Virus record (IMG/VR): IMGVR_UViG_3300000956_000071
Location: 1-50,103 of that record
DNA: 50,103 nucleotides
Reading direction: 5' to 3' (one strand)
Source: a virus
Taxonomy: Duplodnaviria; Caudoviricetes
A program made the position numbers and the translations under genes. Below are positions 44,452 to 50,103 of the stretch, piece after piece. Position 1 is the first letter of the stretch, and each line of letters begins with the position of its first letter. The notes beneath the pieces are model-generated. The model saw only the letters and a list, made by a program, of their open reading frames with translations, was not told the DNA's origin and made no database searches.

Positions 44452-44792
44452 ACCGTGATCACCTTTTCCTCGGGAACCACTTCCCGAAGGTTCCCGTCAA
44501 ACTCGGCTCCACTATAGGACGAGTAACCCCCATCCATTCGGAAATGCCGGATGCCGTCTGAGTTCATCACAGAGAACACAACCCAGTATTCGTCACCCTT
44601 GCCTTCACCGCCATAGTCCTGAACGTGGTTTAGAGTTCCAAGTCCAGGCACCTCACATGGCAGGTTATCGCCGTACTTGATGCTCTGCCAGGATTCGGGG
44701 CCCTCAGCGTCACCATTCTCTACCAGCTCGAAGAAGTTCTCAATCAGATGCTGAACAGTCGACCCTGAGTACTTAGTAACGCTCCCCATCAC
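44442..44792 (-). CDS. Hypothetical protein, GGEG...G.Y.SY family (paralog 2)
   Basis: Motifs shared with 45024-45344. Confidence 0.65.
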   Translation of the reverse strand: MMGSVTKYSGSTVQHLIENFFELVENGDAEGPESWQSIKYGDNLPCEVPGLGTLNHVQDYGGEGKGDEYWVVFSVMNSDGIRHFRMDGGYSSYSGAEFDGNLREVVPEEKVITVWR

Positions 44793-44992
44793 TCGCCACT
44801 CCCCGAAGATCCACTGTCGTACGACGAACCGCCGGAATCGTATGAGCTACTCGACGTGTCGGGCTCCCAGGTCTCAACGTACTCCGTGTAGATCTCCGGC
44901 TCCCAGTAAGTCTCCACAGACCTGGTGCCCGGAATAGGCCTGGTCTTCTGAACGTTCCTGGTCTTGCTAACAGGCTTACGCTTGTATGGCAT
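44789..44992 (-). CDS. Hypothetical protein with Ser/Gly-rich tail
   Basis: AAGGAG RBS; SSYDSGG repeats. Confidence 0.55.
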   Translation of the reverse strand: MPYKRKPVSKTRNVQKTRPIPGTRSVETYWEPEIYTEYVETWEPDTSSSSYDSGGSSYDSGSSGSGE

Positions 44993-45023
44993 TTACATCT
45001 CCTTCTATTGGTTATTAGTAACG

Positions 45024-45344
45024 TCAGACGTACACGGTTACTTGCTTGGTTTCCGGAGTCACGAACTTGTAATCGTTGTTCCACTCCAGGTCAGAGTAAG
45101 AATCGTAGGTGCCGGTAACCTTGACATGTCCCACACGAGTCTTCCAGACGAACTCCATGAGACCTTCACCGCCCAGGTCGTAGGCGTTGTACACAACCTC
45201 TACCTCACCCAAACCTGAGAGGGTCTCCTTGTAGCCCGCGTTCTTGTAAGACCACTTCCACATACCTCCCAACATCTTACCGACCTCGTCAGCAGTCAGT
45301 TCGTTGAGAGGGGTACCGCAGGCAGTGCACACATCGTGATCCAT
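45024..45344 (-). CDS. Hypothetical protein, GGEG...G.Y.SY family (paralog 1)
   Basis: Motifs shared with 44442-44792; N-terminal CTAC. Confidence 0.6.
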   Translation of the reverse strand: MDHDVCTACGTPLNELTADEVGKMLGGMWKWSYKNAGYKETLSGLGEVEVVYNAYDLGGEGLMEFVWKTRVGHVKVTGTYDSYSDLEWNNDYKFVTPETKQVTVYV

Positions 45345-45598
45345 TAAAGCCCCTTTTTCGGAGTTGTCTTCTTCCTGGACTTGTCTTTCGCATCCTGCTC
45401 AAGGTGCTTGTACTCGTCCTCCTTGATTAGATGCGTGCTCTTGTCCTGCCACCCATTAGGGCAGGGCCTGAGCGTCTCCACATCGCCGTCAGGCTCGATG
45501 CCGTAGCACGTGGTCCTCTTGTCGGCACAGCCGCTCAGAAGGGCACACAGAGCCAGCACGGCCATCATGTACTTCATCAGTACCCCCTCGCCCCACAT
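45344..45598 (-). CDS. Small lipoprotein
   Basis: LLSGC lipobox. Confidence 0.55.
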   Translation of the reverse strand: MWGEGVLMKYMMAVLALCALLSGCADKRTTCYGIEPDGDVETLRPCPNGWQDKSTHLIKEDEYKHLEQDAKDKSRKKTTPKKGL

Positions 45599-45659
45599 CG
45601 ATCGTATTCACGGTGCTTCCAGCACCACCATGTCTCGTGCCAAGTTCTCAGTAGAGCTC

Positions 45660-46436
45660 TCACAGTTTGATCAACCTATCTTTCTTGTCCAGGTGCCTTT
45701 TCACGTACCCAGGATCTCCCTGTAGGAATTCCTGAATGTTTTGCAGGATGAACCTTGACGACTTACCCTTGGTCAGTGAAGTGATTGTTCGTCTCAGAGC
45801 CCATAGGTAAGCTGCTTTTGGAGAACACGTGTAGTTGCTGGGAATGACTTTTCGCTCAAGCGCCGTAACGCAAATTTCCTCGATGAAAAGTTGTACCAAA
45901 CGCTGATGCGGCAAGGACCACAGTTTCCTCGGATCAACGTCAACACTCGCTCCATCTCTGAGGATCTCTTCATAGATCGGCGAATCTCCGAAAGCAACAC
46001 TGGCGTGGAGGGAATCGTGATCGTATGTACGCCTAACGGCATCATCGAAGAACTCAGATTTGTCTTGATCAAGGTTCATCACCTTTTTCCCGTACATCTC
46101 TTCCCACACCTTATACAGAATGTGGTACATCTCCAGATCAAGGTGCGCACCCGCATTCTGAAGCTGGATCAGGTCGTAGATGTGCTTGTTCCACGACCCA
46201 TTCGGCAACTCCCAATGCGAGTGCGACAACTTGATGGTGTACATCTGGTGCAAGCTTGCGTACCTGGACTGATTTGTCTCAGGAATGAACTCGGCGAAAC
46301 TAGGATGCCACAGGTGATCAGTCTTACCCACGATCGGTGGGACATCCACATCAGACCACCAATCGATGTCCTTGGGTTCCCGATTGCAGACCCCCAAGGC
46401 TTTTAGGGCATGAGAGCCCACAATCAGGCTACGCAT
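45660..46436 (-). CDS. Putative nucleotidyltransferase-fold protein
   Basis: IVGS.AL-x8-P.DID (GS...DxD); K.SH, Y.HD.LH, EE. Confidence 0.6.
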   Translation of the reverse strand: MRSLIVGSHALKALGVCNREPKDIDWWSDVDVPPIVGKTDHLWHPSFAEFIPETNQSRYASLHQMYTIKLSHSHWELPNGSWNKHIYDLIQLQNAGAHLDLEMYHILYKVWEEMYGKKVMNLDQDKSEFFDDAVRRTYDHDSLHASVAFGDSPIYEEILRDGASVDVDPRKLWSLPHQRLVQLFIEEICVTALERKVIPSNYTCSPKAAYLWALRRTITSLTKGKSSRFILQNIQEFLQGDPGYVKRHLDKKDRLIKL

Positions 46437-47341
46437 CAGACCTCCTTAACGGTCAACGTCTCTCGAATTCGCTTGGCGATGGTGGCGAACGGAACACCCT
46501 TGTCGTTCAGCTGCACCACCGAAATCAACTCTCGTCCATCCCGGAGGTAGGGGTCATACTCTTCCTCGTCCCCTTCCCAGGTGTCCGTGTCCATCTTGTC
46601 AACAAGAATGGTGTCACCAGCAGCGTTTCCGTTGACAAACGTCCGGGGGATACCCAGGAACTCCGTCACGGAAGGCGGCATCAACAGGGTGAACCTGGTC
46701 CCACACGCATCGATGTACGTACGTGAGGAGCGATTCTCCTCCCTATCAACCAGCCTGACACCACACTCAGGACCAAGCACAGCCGTAGCCACCCCAAGGC
46801 AGCACATAGCGTTGGTAGACCTCTCGTGGAGCCGGTGAGTACCCTGCTTGTACTGCCCCGACTCAAGGGCGCTAAGGAACTTGTCCAGGGCTTCCGTGTT
46901 CACACCCTCAACATAAGGCAACCGGAACTCCGCCTCGAATGCATCTGCGATTTCCGCGAAGCTCTTGCCCAGGCTGTCGTTCCACCCAATTGCAGTGTGG
47001 ACACGCTTGTCATCGTCATTGTTGTCGAAACCCTGCTTGAAGAACGGAACATCACACGAAGTCTCACCATGAACCCTGTGAGACTTCGGAAGGCCAATCC
47101 AGTCAGCCACCCTCAGGGACAGGGCACCCGAACTGGTGTCGTAGAAGATGCCACCGTAATCCAGCTCCTTCCTCTCCACCGCGCCCGCCTCACTGGCCAG
47201 GTTGGACACCACGCCGAGACAGCAGAAAGAGCCGTCACGCGATTCCAGCTTGTGATGACCCTGCTTGTAATCCCCACTCCGCAGTGCGGTCAGGAAAGCA
47301 TCGAAGTTCTCTTCGTTGATACCAGCAATGTACTTGGACAT
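46436..47341 (-). CDS. Hypothetical protein with internally duplicated domain
   Basis: Two copies of FL.AL.SG.YKQG...L...CCLGV and ND....F..IA. Confidence 0.75.
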   Translation of the reverse strand: MSKYIAGINEENFDAFLTALRSGDYKQGHHKLESRDGSFCCLGVVSNLASEAGAVERKELDYGGIFYDTSSGALSLRVADWIGLPKSHRVHGETSCDVPFFKQGFDNNDDDKRVHTAIGWNDSLGKSFAEIADAFEAEFRLPYVEGVNTEALDKFLSALESGQYKQGTHRLHERSTNAMCCLGVATAVLGPECGVRLVDREENRSSRTYIDACGTRFTLLMPPSVTEFLGIPRTFVNGNAAGDTILVDKMDTDTWEGDEEEYDPYLRDGRELISVVQLNDKGVPFATIAKRIRETLTVKEV

Positions 47342-47345
47342 GAAA

Positions 47346-47579
47346 TCAGTTCTCCTTCTGATTTTTGATAGCCGTTTGTAGTTGAATTCTGCGGTTGATC
47401 AGTGCGGTGAACCCGCGATGAAAGTAACGCTCATTCCTCCAATAAGAGGAACGCAGGAACCACGAGAAGGGATGATCCCTCTTGATCTGCGCCATGTTCT
47501 CCTTGTAGCACTGGTTGGCAGCGTCCCAGATTAGGATCGCCTTCTGAAGCCTTTCCACATTGATCTGAGCAGCTGTCAA
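47346..47579 (-). CDS. Hypothetical protein
   Basis: GAGGTG RBS; TTGA overlap. Confidence 0.5.
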   Translation of the reverse strand: MTAAQINVERLQKAILIWDAANQCYKENMAQIKRDHPFSWFLRSSYWRNERYFHRGFTALINRRIQLQTAIKNQKEN

Positions 47580-47761
47580 GACACCTCACCCATCAATTCT
47601 TTCAGGTTGTTGATTGTGGTGGAGAGGTCGATCCCACGCTGCATGCCCAGAGTAGTGAGTATGTTGATCACATCCTCCCCATAAACGTAAGGGCCCCCCG
47701 GAAAATTGTCGAACTCCTCAACATTTACCACCCGTACACGCACGTTAATCGTGTTTCCCAC
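47576..47761 (-). CDS. Hypothetical protein
   Basis: AGGAGG RBS; TAGTG overlap. Confidence 0.55.
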   Translation of the reverse strand: MGNTINVRVRVVNVEEFDNFPGGPYVYGEDVINILTTLGMQRGIDLSTTINNLKELMGEVS

Positions 47762-48531
47762 TATGCCTCCTTAAAGACACATGAATCCCTGACAGGACAC
47801 CTAGGGCACACATCAGGGTCAGGAGCGGGATCGAACCTTTCAGCCTTGACGTTCTCGTCAAGCTCACCATATACGTCAGCAAGCCTTTGAACAGACCAGT
47901 CGGAAAGATCGTACGGCCTTGTGGGCTTCCCCAGTTTGGCCATCCAATACCGTCCTGTGGTGAAAGGAATGTCCCACTCTAGGTTGAGGACTCCAGCGTA
48001 CGTGGCGAGCTGTTCTGGGCCGCCAGGCGTAGCGCCAGTCTTGTAGTCATCGGGTTTTCCCTCGATAACAACGTCGATATAGCCAACCACCTCAACCGAT
48101 CCAAACTTAACCCGGAACTCTTTCTCGATCCATTGGTTACCAGAAGGATCTGTCCACGGAATGTGATCAGGGTGCTCCCTGATGTATTTGAAGAATCCGT
48201 CAAGCTGGTCTTGCCCAACCTGCATTCTCCTTGGGATGTCTCGCAGAGCATTGTATGGACCTGATCGTTCCCACACTGCCGGGTTGGGTGACTCCTTCAA
48301 CTCTTCGTTGATCTGGGCCCTATATGCCTCTCTGAAGTGCTCTTTGACTTCCTCAGGTGTCATCACCCTGCCAGACTTCTCGAAGACCTCTACAGCGCTG
48401 TGAAAGGCCGTTCCGTGGGCAAGCCAGGGTGCCGGACGCTTCCACACTCGTTCCCGCCGAGACAGGAAGTAGGCATGCGGACACCTCGTGTATTCGTTGA
48501 GCTGGGATGGGCTTCTGTACTCGTCAGTCAC
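47761..48531 (-). CDS. Cas4/RecB-like PD-(D/E)XK exonuclease
   Basis: SPSQL..Y..CP; GTAFH; E...G.ID...DYKTG; QL.TY; C..CP....C. Confidence 0.9.
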   Translation of the reverse strand: MTDEYRSPSQLNEYTRCPHAYFLSRRERVWKRPAPWLAHGTAFHSAVEVFEKSGRVMTPEEVKEHFREAYRAQINEELKESPNPAVWERSGPYNALRDIPRRMQVGQDQLDGFFKYIREHPDHIPWTDPSGNQWIEKEFRVKFGSVEVVGYIDVVIEGKPDDYKTGATPGGPEQLATYAGVLNLEWDIPFTTGRYWMAKLGKPTRPYDLSDWSVQRLADVYGELDENVKAERFDPAPDPDVCPRCPVRDSCVFKEA

Positions 48532-48664
48532 CGTCCCACCACCTAGTTTTCTTCACCCGGAGCCGTTGACACTTCTCACATCGCCTGTATTGCTCTTTGG
48601 GTGGGTAAGTATCCCATCTCTGAGGGATATCAACCCAGTCTTCCCACTTGTGCCAGCACCACAT
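48524..48664 (-). CDS. 46-aa microprotein (CWHKW...CEKC)
   Basis: TGATG overlap; CxH...CxxC. Confidence 0.6.
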   Translation of the reverse strand: MWCWHKWEDWVDIPQRWDTYPPKEQYRRCEKCQRLRVKKTRWWDGD

Positions 48665-48846
48665 CATCCGTCGTACATCCCCTCTCGTTCGAGTTCTCGG
48701 AAGAGCGCACGAAAGGTTTCACAGTCCCACTCCAGGAAGCCATCGTTGTGGATGACAATGCTACCAGTGCTTGTATTGTACTCGATGTGGCAATCCCCAA
48801 AGTGTGTCTTTGCTACCTTCCACCCTTCGGACTCCTTTCCGTACAC
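48664..48846 (-). CDS. Hypothetical protein
   Basis: AGGAGG RBS. Confidence 0.55.
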   Translation of the reverse strand: MYGKESEGWKVAKTHFGDCHIEYNTSTGSIVIHNDGFLEWDCETFRALFRELEREGMYDG

Positions 48847-49130
48847 TAAAGCCTCCTCGATACTGCTACAGCGCAGTTGTGTTGGTAGGAAGGACAGTGC
48901 ACGTGAAGTTCGAAAGTCCGGACGATCGCACGACCATACATCATGCTGTCGTCAAGCATCTCGAACCTTTCCACCGAATAACACTTGCCCTTCAATTCAT
49001 TCCACACACCCTCCAATTGGGGATGATGGTCTTTGACGATAGGAGAGTTACGGACCCCGATCTCCGTAGCAGTCCTGTACGCATACACAAGACATTCCTC
49101 ATGTGCAATTACTCTTGCGCTATCGTCCAC
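48846..49130 (-). CDS. Hypothetical protein
   Basis: GAGGGG RBS; coupled to next gene. Confidence 0.5.
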   Translation of the reverse strand: MDDSARVIAHEECLVYAYRTATEIGVRNSPIVKDHHPQLEGVWNELKGKCYSVERFEMLDDSMMYGRAIVRTFELHVHCPSYQHNCAVAVSRRL

Positions 49131-49147
49131 GCGGCGGTCCCCTCAGA

Positions 49148-49180
49148 TAAGAGAGAACCCCGGATTTCTCCGGGGTTCCC
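49148..49180 (-). terminator. Terminator downstream of repressor
   Basis: Minus strand GGGAACCCCGGA-GAAA-TCCGGGTTCTC-TCTT. Confidence 0.6.
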
Positions 49181-49194
49181 GTCGAGATTGTGTA

Positions 49195-49701
49195 TCAGGG
49201 AATGTCTGGGGGCATGGCAAACATAACCCAGGACAGATCGGTCATGGACACGTGCCGGTTCACACGAATCACCAGGTCTCCATCCGAGTCACTACGTTCA
49301 ACAAACTTCCATCCTCCCGTGTTGCTGTCAGAGTTCGGCGGGATGGTCGGGTCGTACTCAACAACCACCCCATCCCTTTCCAGTCGGTTGTAGAACCACC
49401 TTAGACGCTGAAGCTTGTACTCAGCCATCCCCTTCCCACCAGTAGCCATGTACTCCAGGTGGTCTCTTAATCGCTTGTACGGGCTGCACTGCACGAACCT
49501 GTAGGGCACTACCATTGGCCATGCATCCTTAGCGACTTCCCGTGGGGTGCGCAAGTGGGTGGCGTGCTTGTTCTTGAATCGTGACACCGTCTGAGGCGTC
49601 AACCTCACCACACCTGCGATCTGGGAGTCGTTCAGGCCCCGTGACCTCAGGCTTTGGTACAGATCGAGCGTCAACGGCGTTTGACCCCTAACCTTTCCCA
49701 T
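49195..49701 (-). CDS. Immunity repressor (L5 gp71-like)
   Basis: N-terminal HTH; TPRE....AWP..VP; PYKRLRDH.EYMATGG.GM...KL.RLR.FY; VVEYDP.IPP. Confidence 0.9.
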   Translation of the reverse strand: MGKVRGQTPLTLDLYQSLRSRGLNDSQIAGVVRLTPQTVSRFKNKHATHLRTPREVAKDAWPMVVPYRFVQCSPYKRLRDHLEYMATGGKGMAEYKLQRLRWFYNRLERDGVVVEYDPTIPPNSDSNTGGWKFVERSDSDGDLVIRVNRHVSMTDLSWVMFAMPPDIP

Positions 49702-49743
49702 TGTCTTTGGTCTCCTTACTTATCGGATGGAAGGGCGTGGGTG

Positions 49744-50085
49744 TTACACCTTGGGAGCGGCAGGCTTCCGCGTACGAGTCGTCTTGACGACCTTGGCCGG
49801 GTCCTCCGGTTCCTTGAACGCCAGAATGGTTGCCATTTCCTGCGTCGCAGGGGTCTTGACCTTCGTGGTGGTCTTGCGTGCCGCAGCCGTCTTCCTGGGG
49901 GCCTTTGCGGGCACCTCCTGAACGGGCTCGGGCTTCTCCTCCTTGACCTCCTCGACCACCTTCACGGACTCCTGTGAACGCTGCTCCCAGATCTTCACCA
50001 GGTTGGCTGGAACACGTCCACGATCCTTGACGTCGTGGCCAGCCGCACGCAACCACTCACGCATTTCCTGCGTCTTGCCGACCAC
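49744..50085 (-). CDS. Lsr2-like DNA-binding domain with Lys/Pro/Thr-rich tail
   Basis: REW....G.DV.DRGRVP. Confidence 0.8.
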   Translation of the reverse strand: MVGKTQEMREWLRAAGHDVKDRGRVPANLVKIWEQRSQESVKVVEEVKEEKPEPVQEVPAKAPRKTAAARKTTTKVKTPATQEMATILAFKEPEDPAKVVKTTRTRKPAAPKV

Positions 50086-50103
50086 CGGAGTGGAGGACTT
50101 CTT

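Larger units (their letters stand above)
5466..45023. promoter_or_regulatory. Dispersed stoperator-like motif CGTTACTA (13 exact copies seen)
   Basis: + strand at 5466, 9443, 9499, 11660, 14303, 20624; - strand at 28265, 30657, 36102, 38437, 43286, 44774, 45016. Confidence 0.65.

Noticed and set aside
47761-48531. Cas4-like gene as evidence for CRISPR-Cas
   Set aside because: No repeat-spacer array or other cas genes are present; stand-alone Cas4/RecB nucleases are standard in L5-like phages.

Overview
This window is most or all of a siphovirus genome with the two-arm layout of mycobacteriophage L5/cluster A-like actinophages; the actinobacterial host is inferred. The left arm (+ strand, about 0.45-22 kb) carries HNH, small terminase, an amidase endolysin, an array of 17 tRNAs, large terminase, portal, head and tail genes and a holin. 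A GT4 glycosyltransferase and a clear Acb2-like anti-CBASS gene sit inside the head module. The right arm (- strand, about 22-50 kb) carries DNA Pol I, class II RNR, a split primase, helicase, Endo VII, a Cas4/RecB-like nuclease, dCMP deaminase, Pnk plus two RNA ligases, an L5 gp71-like repressor and a truncated Lsr2. No integrase or ParAB is visible. Features absent from the ORF track include about 18 translationally coupled Cys/His-rich microproteins (18-51 aa), a stoperator-like 8-mer (CGTTACTA) seen 13 times and always oriented with transcription, atypical tRNAs, and structured non-tRNA spacers in the tRNA array. All family calls come from motif recognition by eye, not database searches.
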